Part shown: piece after piece, positions 49,523 through 59,017 of the stretch
Layout: the number at the start of each line of letters is the position of its first letter
Numbering within the stretch: the first letter of the stretch is position 1
DNA from: an uncultured bacterium
GTDB taxonomy: Bacteria > Patescibacteriota > Minisyncoccia > UBA6257 > 2-01-FULL-56-20
Reading direction: 5' to 3'
Assembly (NCBI GenBank): GCA_963844965.1
Contig: CAWJQC010000004.1
Location: forward strand, 41,609 to 105,608
Length of the DNA: 64,000 nt
Translations under genes and position numbers: made by a program
The notes under the pieces: model-generated
Database searches by the model: none
Seen by the model: the letters and a program-made list of their open reading frames with translations, nothing else
Told to the model about the DNA's origin: nothing

Positions 49523-49918
49523 GTGACGACGAGTACTTACGTTCCCTCCGGAAACTATTTGCCCTTGTCACCACAATCGCCATCCGTGTCGATGAACGTT
49601 GCTCCGCCTCCCTCAAATTCCTCCCTGAAAATAATTTCTCCTGCCAACGGACAGAAATTGAAGCAGGGGTCAACATACACGATTAGCTGGCAGTCGTCTG
49701 GTGATTTCAATTTTGTCGTCGGGAATATCGTCGCTCCCGTTCCGGGCGAAGGGGGTGTAGGAATATTCCAAGCCCCCGCGACTTCAAGCCGCTATAGCTG
49801 GACCGTGCCGACCGGCTTCCCACCTGGGATGTATAAACTGGGGCTTGCGGGCAGCGATCAAGATTTTGTGAATCATAATTTTGCCTCGTCCAGTGTTTCA
49901 ATCTACATCATTCCGTAG
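49523..49918 (+). CDS. Ser/Thr-rich beta-sandwich (Kre9/KNH-like) surface domain protein
   Basis: ISPANGQKLKQGSTYTISWQSSG ... YSWTVPTGFPPGMYKLGL pattern. Confidence 0.35.
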   Translation: MTTSTYVPSGNYLPLSPQSPSVSMNVAPPPSNSSLKIISPANGQKLKQGSTYTISWQSSGDFNFVVGNIVAPVPGEGGVGIFQAPATSSRYSWTVPTGFPPGMYKLGLAGSDQDFVNHNFASSSVSIYIIP

Positions 49919-49959
49919 TAAAACTTATTTAAGATGAGACGCGGCCTTGGGACACCCTT

Positions 49960-50420
49960 TTAGTGCCTCATTTGTCTCATTTGCATAAAAAAGCCTTATT
50001 TTATGGGCATCGATTTTTCGGAATGAGACACTGCTTTGTATAAATCGGACACGTCCAGAATGGCATTTCTGTGTCCGATTTGTCCGATTTGCCTCCAAAA
50101 TGTTACACACCACAAAGTGCAAAAGTTGTGTAACATTTGTAACATTTTGAGGAAAAGCGGGGGGTTGGAACATGGGAATGGGACACGAAAAATCGACCTC
50201 TTGTGTCCCATTTGTTCCATTTTGTAGAAATGAGCCCTGCTGCGTTACGTTTGCCGCGTTACATTCCGAACGCTCAGAAATCTTTGATTTATCTACCTAA
50301 CAGGACAGCTCCCCAAAAAAGTGCCGCCCTCTCAACTTTTCACATCGCGTTACATTTGTTACATGTTACATTTGATCCCTCCGAAAACCGCGACCGTGAG
50401 CCTTCCAAGGGAAATTTGGG
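49960..50420. repeat. iteron-like direct and inverted repeat field
   Basis: Repeated GGGACAC(N)..TGTCNNATTTG units (49997, 50080-50100 tandem TGTCCGATTTGTCCGATTTG, 50200-50225). Also GTTACATTTGTTACATGTTACATTTG, TGTAACATTTGTAACATTTTG and GCGTTACGTTTGCCGCGTTACATTCC. Confidence 0.5.
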
Positions 50421-50580
50421 GTCGTCCTCAAAAACCCTTATACTGATTGCACAGGGAAAGTCCGCATCCGCGAGGGGGCACAACAAAACTATATCTTTTT
50501 AGTTACCGCACGGTTGTCGTCGAGACGCGTGAAAAACAAAAAAGGAGCTTGCAGAGCTCCTCTATCTAACTCAACCTAAC

Positions 50581-51300
50581 TCAACGGGATGCGGCGGAAA
50601 CATGGGACAGCACGTCCGCAATGGCGTTCACGAGAACTCTTAATCCGTCTCTCCGGTAGAAAATTTCCTCACCGTCTGCCGGTCCGAAGCGATCAATGTG
50701 GCGGTGAGATTTTTTCCTTATGAAACGACTGTTCGAAAGAGCGTGTAAGTTTACCCTTATGTTCTCAATCATTTTCTCGTGATAAGGGTTCTCCCTGCCA
50801 TGCCATTGCTCACAAAGGGCAATCTCGCCTTCGGCGGTCGTAAAAAACAACGACCGAAGGAAGTAATTAAAGTGACGCTCAACGGCAGTCTCAACCAATC
50901 TTTGCAACTCCGGCCCGCTTTTCGCGCTTCCCAAGACCGGTATCGCCGAGATATCGTTACCATACTTCTTTTTGGCCAAGTGGTCCCAGGCATAACCAAG
51001 AGCGATGAGCCAACGTTTGCCGTGGACGGTGGCAAGGAACACGTCGCCGTACTTCATATATAACCTTTCCGAATTATTGCCGTTGACGGCATGGTCGTCA
51101 ACGATCGCGTAGACAGATGACGGAATGGGCAACTCGATTTTCCTACGGGGACGCAATCTATAATCATCCCAAAGTCCGTGAAATACCCCGTAGGTAAGTT
51201 CCTCAGGCGTAATCAACCGCCTGAACGGATGGACAATAGAACGAAGAGCACCGTGCTTTCCTTCCAGCACTTCCTTCAGGCGTTTTCTAAAAATTTTCAT
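50581..51300 (-). CDS. hypothetical protein (about 240-274 aa)
   Basis: ORF only. Confidence 0.35.
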   Translation of the reverse strand: MKIFRKRLKEVLEGKHGALRSIVHPFRRLITPEELTYGVFHGLWDDYRLRPRRKIELPIPSSVYAIVDDHAVNGNNSERLYMKYGDVFLATVHGKRWLIALGYAWDHLAKKKYGNDISAIPVLGSAKSGPELQRLVETAVERHFNYFLRSLFFTTAEGEIALCEQWHGRENPYHEKMIENIRVNLHALSNSRFIRKKSHRHIDRFGPADGEEIFYRRDGLRVLVNAIADVLSHVSAASR

Positions 51301-51628
51301 CCGACCCCCAATCAAAAGATTTTCACTCAAACAACTGCAAGCAGTATAACGAAATTTTTTGAATTTGGCAAATTTGATATTTTTCGCCGCAGAAGCCAAC
51401 GCCACTTCTCGGCCATAAAAATATCCGCAAACGGCAACCGTTTGCGGATTTCAACTTATCGCGACGCACTCTCAACGCACCTCACGCACAAAACACGCAC
51501 CTGCCGCCAAGGAATCTCGCCCTCAGCGGCGAGAAGAAAATCTCCGGCCAATATAAAGCCCATGGATTCAAGAATTCGCGCGCGGCATTTGCAACAATTC
51601 ACTTTCACGCCGACCTTCCTTAGAATTT

Positions 51629-52648
51629 TCAATCGCGCCTCTTCAAAACAGGCGGCTGCTCCTCGCCCTTATTACCTTTATTCTCGCCGCCCTGCTGTGT
51701 CTGGTCGGTCGGCTCGCGCTTCTTAAGCGTCGGCTTTCCTTCGGTTACTTTCCTTCTGCTCGTCACAATTTGCAGCCGATCTTTCACGTCATCAAACTCG
51801 GATGTAGACACGAGATACTGGTCCTTTTTCGGAAGAATTTCCTTAATCTCCTTCTCTATTTTTATAATCCTGTCACCAGTTGGCGGATGGTCGGCAAAAA
51901 CGTTTGGCACGCTTCCGGGTATTCGCCTTTCTTCTTCAATAACCTTGGAAAACATACCTACGTAGGACTCCGGGTCGTAGCCCGCCTTATACATGTACTG
52001 CAATCCCAGATAGTCCGCCTCGGCCTCGTCGTTGCGGCTGAATTTTAAAAACGCAATAGGTATGCCAAAGTTCATGGCCTCCATAGTCGCAATGTAAACA
52101 GGATAAGACATGGGTACGAAGATAAGAGGAATTGTGGCGTATTGGAGGAGCGTGGCTTTTGTCATCTGCGACGCCCAATGCCGGCACGCAACGTGCGCAA
52201 TCTCGTGCGCCATCACTCCGGCAACCTGACTTTCTCCATCGGCAACAAGAAGCAGGCCAGAATTAATATACAAGAACCCGCCAGGGAGAGCGAAGGCGTT
52301 GATTCCGGGCGCATCTATAACTTTCACCGTAAGAGGAACTTTCAGGTCCGAATTCCGCGCAATGTTCTGAGCGACGCGGTTGACATACTCGCCCACCACA
52401 GGGTCGGTCAAAAGTTTCGCCGATTTCTCAACTTCGGTGGAGTATTGTTTCCCGATGGCAATCTCTTTTTCAATGGAAATTATTGACTTGTGCGCGACCT
52501 TGCGGTTGCCGATTTCTTCGGGGTTGTCTTTGCTCTTCTGTCCGTCCGCCGAAGCGCCATAAGCCCTGGGAGGGCACGCCATAATGGCCAAAAGGATAGC
52601 AAGAATAATTACAAGAATCAGGTATCGTTTCTTGACCGTACCGCTCAT
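51629..52648 (-). CDS. M48 family zinc metallopeptidase (BepA/YcaL-like), secreted or membrane-anchored
   Basis: HEIAHVACRH (HExxH), GINAFALPGGFLYINSGLL; N-terminal signal/TM. Confidence 0.7.
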   Translation of the reverse strand: MSGTVKKRYLILVIILAILLAIMACPPRAYGASADGQKSKDNPEEIGNRKVAHKSIISIEKEIAIGKQYSTEVEKSAKLLTDPVVGEYVNRVAQNIARNSDLKVPLTVKVIDAPGINAFALPGGFLYINSGLLLVADGESQVAGVMAHEIAHVACRHWASQMTKATLLQYATIPLIFVPMSYPVYIATMEAMNFGIPIAFLKFSRNDEAEADYLGLQYMYKAGYDPESYVGMFSKVIEEERRIPGSVPNVFADHPPTGDRIIKIEKEIKEILPKKDQYLVSTSEFDDVKDRLQIVTSRRKVTEGKPTLKKREPTDQTQQGGENKGNKGEEQPPVLKRRD

Positions 52649-52881
52649 AAGCCACCTCCTTTTCCAGATTCAACCAACTGCTTCCACTCTACCAAAAAGC
52701 GGGAAAAAATCCAGAACCTGTCCAAGTCGTTGCGGAAAGACGTTTTTGGATATAAAATAATAAAACCGGCCGCGAAGCCCGACATAATCAGCGCCATTCG
52801 GCTTAATAAAAATCCGCCCATAGCTCCCACCTTCGCCGAGGCTTCGGCGGGCAAGCAACTGGCCCCGCACCAAAATTTATC

Positions 52882-52954
52882 CGCGCGTAGCTCAACTGGC
52901 AGAGCAGCTCCCTCTTAAGGAGACGGTTGCAGGTTCGACTCCTGCCGCGCGGAC
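52882..52954 (+). tRNA. tRNA-Lys (anticodon CUU)
   Basis: CCGCGCGUAGCUCAACUGGCAGAGCAGCUCCCUCUUAAGGAGACGGUUGCAGGUUCGACUCCUGCCGCGCGGA; anticodon loop CUCUUAA. Confidence 0.8.
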
Positions 52955-53084
52955 TGGAAAAATTAAGGATAAATTTGGTGCGGGTTAGACGCCGCAGCTC
53001 TCCTCTTACAACCGCGTAGCGAGGCGAGGATAAAAATCGCCAATTTTTATTTTCGCCGAGCGAGCGGGTGGCGAAACAGGTTTT

Positions 53085-53125
53085 CGCAGGAAAAGGTTCC
53101 AGGTTCAAGTCCCTGCTTGCCAGCA
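53085..53125 (+). other. tRNA T-arm-like repeat matching the fragment at 46328-46375 (candidate att core)
   Basis: AAAGGTTCCAGGTTCAAGTCCCTGCTTGCCAG versus ACAGGTTCCAGGTTCGAGTCCTGGCGAGGGCA (21/23 identities in the core). Confidence 0.4.
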
Positions 53126-53623
53126 GGCAGGCAGGTGGGCGGACACAGAATCGAGGATCTCCGGCAGCTCACCTCTTTTTTATTGACAACACACACGTTA
53201 TTTTTTAATCTAAACAGTAGCGTCTGTTAAAAATTAAAAATCGGGAGCGGCAATGTATAGTCTGTTTGGAAGATTCGAGCGGATAGGCGAAGCGAAATAT
53301 TCCGCCGAGGAAATCTGTCTTTTCCGGTTAATCGACCTTCTATTACATCGCGGATGGAGATTCCTGGGATGCCTGTGGAACGGCAAAAAATATAAGATAA
53401 AAATAAAAAATCTCCGCACCGGCAAAAAACGCTCTTTCAAATCAGGACGCCCATATTGGCTCTCAAGCGATGCCGACGGAAATTTATTCTAACCCCACCG
53501 AATGAACAGGTGGGTTTTTGTTTTGGGGTAAATTTGGTATAATATGTGCGCGATGTGCTTGGCTCATATTGGGAAAACGTGGCGCCGGACACCGAACAAA
53601 TTCCGTTCTATGTATAAATCATT

Positions 53624-56305
53624 ATGAGTGGGATAAAAATAAATCTTTCTCTCAGCGAAATCCCAGGCATCGGCCCGCGTTTTCTGGAACGGCTGGGAAA
53701 ACTCGGCATAAAAACCGTCCGTGATCTCATTTATCATTTTCCGGCCCGCTACGAGGATTTCTCCCAGATATACAAAATTTCCGACGTTGAGCCGGGGGAA
53801 CAGGTAACAATACGTGGCGTTGTTGAAGACACCAAACTGCGGCGGACTTGGAGAAAACACATGACAATCGCCGAAGCCCTGATCCGCGACGATTCCGGAA
53901 CGATACGCGCCATCTGGTTCAACCAACCATATGTTTTGAACACTCTGCGGGTCGGGCGCACGGCGAATTTCGCAGGCAAAATATCCATATCGGACGAGGA
54001 CGAAATTTATTTGAGCCACCCGGCTTATGAAATCGTCGGCAGTCGGGAGTCGGGAACGGAGAAGCAAGAAACAAAACATACAGCGCGGCTCGTCCCCATT
54101 TATCCCGAAACGCGCGGCCTCACATCCAAGGGGTTGAGATATCTGATCCAGCCAATTCTGAAAAACAGCGAACAGCTGGAGGAATGGCTGCCGCCGGAAG
54201 TTCTGCGCGAAAATAATTTTCCCGAAATAAACCTTGCGCTCAGATCCATACACTTCCCCGAAAAAACCGAGGATGCTCTTGTCGCGAAAAAACGCTTCAC
54301 TTTTGAAAACCTGTTCCTGCTGCAACTCGCCAATCTTGAACAAAAATTGAAACTCGCGCGCGAAAAAGCGCCAGTGATCAAAACCGACATAGAACACCTG
54401 AAAAAAATGATCTCGGAACTGCCATACGAACTCACGTTTTCGCAAAAGAAATCATTGTGGGAAATCATCCAGGACCTCGCCAAAAAACAGCCGATGAACC
54501 GCCTGCTCCAGGGCGACGTGGGCTCCGGCAAGACGGTTGTCGCGGCGCTCGCCGCGGTAATTACCGCGGAAAACGGGCTGCAGACCGCGTTTATGGCGCC
54601 AACCGAGGTTCTCGCGAGACAGCATTTTGAAACATTGAAAAAATTATTCGCCGGAATTCCCTCGATCCATCAACCCGTAGTTGGGCTTCTCACGTCAAGC
54701 GAAGCAAAAATCCTCTACGCGACAGACCTTGAATCAAAAATCAAAAAACCGGAGTTGCAGGAAAAAATAAAAAACGGCGAGGTAAAAATAGCCATCGGCA
54801 CGCACGCTTTGATACAAAAAGACGTGGCGTTCGGCAATCTTGCCTTTATCATCATTGACGAACAGCATAGATTCGGCGTCTCACAACGAGCTGCGCTCGT
54901 TCGCGGACAGACGCAGAATGATAATACGCGGACAGACGCTGAACAACTACTATACGAAAAAACGACGTTTGAGATAAGAAAAAGTCTGTTTGAGGTGAGA
55001 AAACAACTGGGCCTTGGTCATAAAGAAGTGGTGTATCAGAAAGCATTGGAGGAGGAGTTCAAGAAATCCGGTGTAATATTTGAGAAAGAAAAGAAAATTC
55101 CTGTCGTTTATAACAAGAAAAAGATTGGCGTTTATCAACCGGATTTTGTCATAGATAATGAAGTAATTTTGGAACTTAAGGCTCTTCCCTTTATCGGCGG
55201 CATCGAAAAAAAACAGCTGTGGAATTATTTGAGGGGTTCGGATTACAAACTCGCGCTTATGGCAAACTTTGGACCGGAAAGATTATCCATAGAGCGGGTA
55301 GTATACGATATTGCGCGGAGTCGGCGGCTGTCAGCGTCCGGTCAGCAACTGTCCGCGCCTATCCCCCACCTCCTCTCAATGTCCGCCACGCCAATCCCAC
55401 GCACGCTCATGCTCACCGTCTTCGGCGATTTGGATATATCGCTCATCACCGAACTTCCCGCCGGCAGAAAAAATATCGTAACAAAAATAATCCCCCCACG
55501 GGGCAGGAGCGAAGCCTATGAATTCATCCGCGGCGAAGTGAGGGCCAGCCGGCAGGTTTTTGTCATCTGCCCCCGCATTGACAAACCGCAGACAGGCGCA
55601 GACCACACGCAGACAAACGCAGACAAGACACAGACAGACGCAGACAATTTTCAGCGGCTGTCTGCGTCAAGTCAGCGACTGTCCGCGTTAAGTCCACGTA
55701 AGTCCGCGTTAGTGTGGGAAGTAAGATCCGTGAAAGAAGAATTTGAAAAATTATCCAAGAAAATTTTTCCGGATTTGCGCGTCGCCATGCTCCACGGCCA
55801 GCTCAAGCCAAAAGAAAAAGCGGGTATCATGAAGGACTTCCGCAACTACAAAATAGATATTCTCGTTTCAACTTCCGTCGTGGAAGTTGGCGTGGACGTG
55901 CCGAACGCAACAATAATGATGATTGAAGGCGCCGATCGCTTCGGGCTGGCTCAGATCTACCAATTCCGCGGACGCGTGGGGCGCGGCGAACACCAATCCT
56001 ATTGCTTCCTGTTCACGGATTCGTCCGCCAAAACTACGCGCGAGCGGCTGCAGGCCGTCCTTGAAGCCAAGAACGGCTTTGAGCTCGCCGAGAAGGACCT
56101 GAAGATCCGCGGTCCCGGCGAATTCCTCGGCACGGCGCAGACCGGCTTTCCCGACACGGCGATGAGCGGCCTCATGAACCCGGAGCTCGTGAAAGCAAGC
56201 CGCGAAGCGGCGGCAAAAATCGTCCAAAAAGATCCGCTTTTCAAAAATTATCCGCTCCTGAAAACCAAATTAAACGAGTTCCGGAAGGAAATCCACTTGG
56301 AGTAG
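53624..56305 (+). CDS. recG: ATP-dependent DNA helicase RecG (893 aa) carrying two in-frame insertions
   Basis: Wedge/OB N-terminus; helicase motifs GSGKTVVA, IIIDEQHRFGV, SATPIPRTL, TSVVEVGVDVPNA, QFRGRVGRG; intact ORF. Confidence 0.85.
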   Translation: MSGIKINLSLSEIPGIGPRFLERLGKLGIKTVRDLIYHFPARYEDFSQIYKISDVEPGEQVTIRGVVEDTKLRRTWRKHMTIAEALIRDDSGTIRAIWFNQPYVLNTLRVGRTANFAGKISISDEDEIYLSHPAYEIVGSRESGTEKQETKHTARLVPIYPETRGLTSKGLRYLIQPILKNSEQLEEWLPPEVLRENNFPEINLALRSIHFPEKTEDALVAKKRFTFENLFLLQLANLEQKLKLAREKAPVIKTDIEHLKKMISELPYELTFSQKKSLWEIIQDLAKKQPMNRLLQGDVGSGKTVVAALAAVITAENGLQTAFMAPTEVLARQHFETLKKLFAGIPSIHQPVVGLLTSSEAKILYATDLESKIKKPELQEKIKNGEVKIAIGTHALIQKDVAFGNLAFIIIDEQHRFGVSQRAALVRGQTQNDNTRTDAEQLLYEKTTFEIRKSLFEVRKQLGLGHKEVVYQKALEEEFKKSGVIFEKEKKIPVVYNKKKIGVYQPDFVIDNEVILELKALPFIGGIEKKQLWNYLRGSDYKLALMANFGPERLSIERVVYDIARSRRLSASGQQLSAPIPHLLSMSATPIPRTLMLTVFGDLDISLITELPAGRKNIVTKIIPPRGRSEAYEFIRGEVRASRQVFVICPRIDKPQTGADHTQTNADKTQTDADNFQRLSASSQRLSALSPRKSALVWEVRSVKEEFEKLSKKIFPDLRVAMLHGQLKPKEKAGIMKDFRNYKIDILVSTSVVEVGVDVPNATIMMIEGADRFGLAQIYQFRGRVGRGEHQSYCFLFTDSSAKTTRERLQAVLEAKNGFELAEKDLKIRGPGEFLGTAQTGFPDTAMSGLMNPELVKASREAAAKIVQKDPLFKNYPLLKTKLNEFRKEIHLE
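54903..55357 (+). mobile_element. in-frame insertion inside recG encoding a GxxExxY-type PD-(D/E)xK domain, bounded by inverted repeats
   Basis: Left end is a tandem CGCGGACAGACGC (54903, 54927). Right end is GGCTGTCAGCGTCC...CAGCAACTGTCCGCG (55349-55357 is the reverse complement of CGCGGACAG). Encoded segment: GLGHKEVVYQKALEEEFKKSGVIFEKEKKIPVVYNKKKIGVYQPDFVIDNEVILELKA...LMANFGPERLSIERV. Confidence 0.5.
55588..55712 (+). mobile_element. second, cargo-less in-frame palindromic insertion of the same repeat family inside recG
   Basis: CAGACAGGCGCAGACC...GACAGACGCAGACAATTTTCAGCGGCTGTCTGCGTCAAGTCAGCGACTGTCCGCG. Translates as QTGADHTQTNADKTQTDADNFQRLSASSQRLSALSPRKS between conserved RecG blocks. 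Confidence 0.45.
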
Positions 56306-56571
56306 TGCCTTCGGTAAAAATGCTTTTCGGTAAAACTCGTTTTCAAACGACCGTCCGCTCATTCCGACAATCAATAGGCGGTAGCAGTGCCGCAAACGCC
56401 GTTCAGATAATTTTGAAGCGTTGCTTCCCAAGCATAATCGTTGCCAGCGGCGCAGAAGTGGGACAAGTGGCTCCACTTGTTACCTATTTCACATAAGCCT
56501 GCGTTTCCTTCCGATGCTCTGCCGGATTCTTTTGATCGGCTCTCGCTATTTTCGTGGAACTTGTTATGTCA

Positions 56572-59017
56572 CTACTGCTCCATATGACCGACAAGGGTGC
56601 ATGTATAAAAGTTACCAGTGCATTGGGATGAATTAGTAACATCCCAACAAGTTGAATAAGTCTCCAGCGCGCCACTACAAGGAGTGGTATTAGCGCATGA
56701 ACTGTTGTAGTAACGAATATAAGTCATATACTGCGGGCAGAAGTAAATCGGCGTCCCGCCTGTAACTTTAAGAGTGCCGGGAATGATGACGTTGCCGTTT
56801 GCTAGAACCTGTATAGCTGCTCCGGTTGTAGTAGCTGTACCAGTATTCGGCATACTGCCGCCAATACCGACGTTGCCGGCATAGTTGATGACTAATTTAT
56901 TTGATTCTGCCGCACTAGGATAATTTCCCACCATAAGCATGGCGCCCTGATTAACATCGCCCACATCGAGCAGCACCGCATCCGCATTGGTCGTAGCCGC
57001 GGTGCCGTAGAACGTGCCGGTATTGGTATCCCTGTTCTGCTCGAACTGGGTGCCGTAATCACCGGTGTTATACAAGAACGAATAGGTGGGATTACTAAAA
57101 TCGCTGTACATCTCAAGGCCGGGGCCGGTACCGGCAGTATTTGAATATGCATAAAATTGATAGTTGGCGGGCGCCGCCGCTCCCACCCCGATTCCGGAGG
57201 TGAATAAACCTCCTCCAGTTACCGTCAGTTTCTGGGTCGGCGCCGTATTCCCGATGCCGACGTTGCCGGAGGAATTCCAAATACCGGTGCCAGGCATCGT
57301 AACGTTGCCAGTAAAGGTCGGGCTCGCTAAAAGCGCCGCTCCGGTAACCTGCGCTACCCCGTAGTCACCAGATGCCGCCACCACGGCTCCGGTTCCGCCA
57401 AATACCGAGGTGACGCCGCCGCTCGGCCAAGCCGTGATGCAATTCGCCCCGGAGATGCAATATTGAGTGGCGTTTGCGGTAACCGTTGACGTACAGAGCG
57501 TACCCTCCGCCTGAGTTTGTGAAATACCCACCGTAGCCGCCGGAGTTGGTGGCTAATCCATAAACTCCTACGCCGTTACCTGCCGCTGACTGTCCGGCAA
57601 CCCCTACCCAGTAAGAAGCGCCGACCTGTCCGCCGAGAATCCCATTCGTTGTGGCGTTGCTATTATTTCCCGTTACCGAGCCGACCCATGATGAATTGAC
57701 GGCGCTCGTGAAACTGCCTACGCCAGCAACAACCAACGGATATGCCGGCGTCGTCGTCCCGATGCCGACGTTGCCGTTCGTGATGGAGAAATATGGACCA
57801 CCCCCCATCCCAGTGCCAAGCGCCAAATTGAGGCCATAAGATTGTGACGTCAAATCAGCGTATGTAAATGCTCCGTTGCTGGTGGTGAACTTTATCCAAT
57901 CTACGTTTGACCCGTTTGTATTGTCTAGCCGTAAGGTAGACGTACTTCCACTCTGAATATCAAGTTTTGCGACCGGCGCCGTGTTCCCGATGCCGACGTT
58001 GCCGTTGTTATTTATAAACAAGGCGGGTGACGCGCCGGATGAGTCAGAACCCTGAGTCAAAAAGGCCATTGGAGAACCGTTACTGCCGATCCGGGCCCAG
58101 TTCGCAACTGCTGCCGGTCCAAGCTGTAGCAAGGCATCGGTACCGTTAGATGTCAAGTCAAACTTGGCGAATTTTGACCCGTTCACGACATGCAACGTCG
58201 TTGCCGGCGACGCCGTCCCGATGCCGACGTTGCCGCCATATGCAAGCGTCATTATTTGGGAGTACCAACTGCTGGGGTTCTGATACCCAATCGTCAAGAC
58301 CGAATTATCTGACGCTGGTGCAAAAACATACCCATTATTACTGCCAGCCATATCGCGGAGCTTGAAGGCTCCAAAGACATCAAGTGTATTTTGTGGTGAC
58401 GGCGTCCCGATGCCGACCGAGCCCGAGAAATACCCGCCGCCGTAGACGGAGAGGGCCTGCGGCAAGTTGCTGGCGGAGGATGTGGTAACGCCCAGAGCGG
58501 AAGAAACAAACACACTGTGGGGGAACCCGTAGGGAACGCCGGAATCGGCCTCTAGAGAATTGAACACCGCGGGCGTGACATAGCCGGCGTTGACGGTCCC
58601 GTTAAAATTGCCGTGGATCGTGCCGTTCACGTCAAGCTGGTAGCCAGGCGACGCCGTCCCGATGCCGACAGAACCGTCATTGCGCACGACAAGTATGGGC
58701 GACGAATTCGGATAAAGGATCTTCAATGTGTAATTCGCGGCATCAGCGGACGAAGAAGCAACGATGAGGAGTTTGGTTTCCGGCAGAGGCGTGGGCGTAC
58801 CAACGCCCAGATTCCCAGCCGCATTAGTGCTTACCGCTCCCGAACCGAAACCGGGGGTGGGAGGAGGAGAGGCAAACGCGTAGTAGGTAGTAGGTAGTAG
58901 GTAGTAGGTAGTAGCGAGAATGACGAAAAACAAAACGTGCGGCGCAAAACTCGGACGCACACCGTAAAACTTGCGGCGGAGCTTTTGCTGTTTTTGGAAC
59001 AAATCTGCGTCCATCAT
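56572..59017 (-). CDS. large repetitive surface protein (GNVGIGT-type Gly-rich repeats, Cys-rich C-terminal domain); frameshift near 57400-57530
   Basis: Two overlapping ORFs (57365-59017 and 56572-57531) in the same direction. Repeated NGNVGIGTTAP / SYGLNLALGTGMGGGPYFSITNGNVGIG units. Probable signal peptide MRPSFAPHVLFFVILATTYYLLPTTYYAFA from a GTG start. Confidence 0.5.

Noticed and set aside
53040-53084. Additional tRNA after tRNA-Lys
   Set aside because: GGUGCGGGUUAGACGCCGCAGCUCUCC... cannot be folded into a cloverleaf on either strand. Only the downstream T-arm-like repeat is retained as a feature.
54903-55357. Intein in recG
   Set aside because: There is no N-terminal Cys/Ser nucleophile, no C-terminal His-Asn plus Cys/Ser/Thr, and no Hint blocks. 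The insertion is bounded by nucleotide inverted repeats instead.
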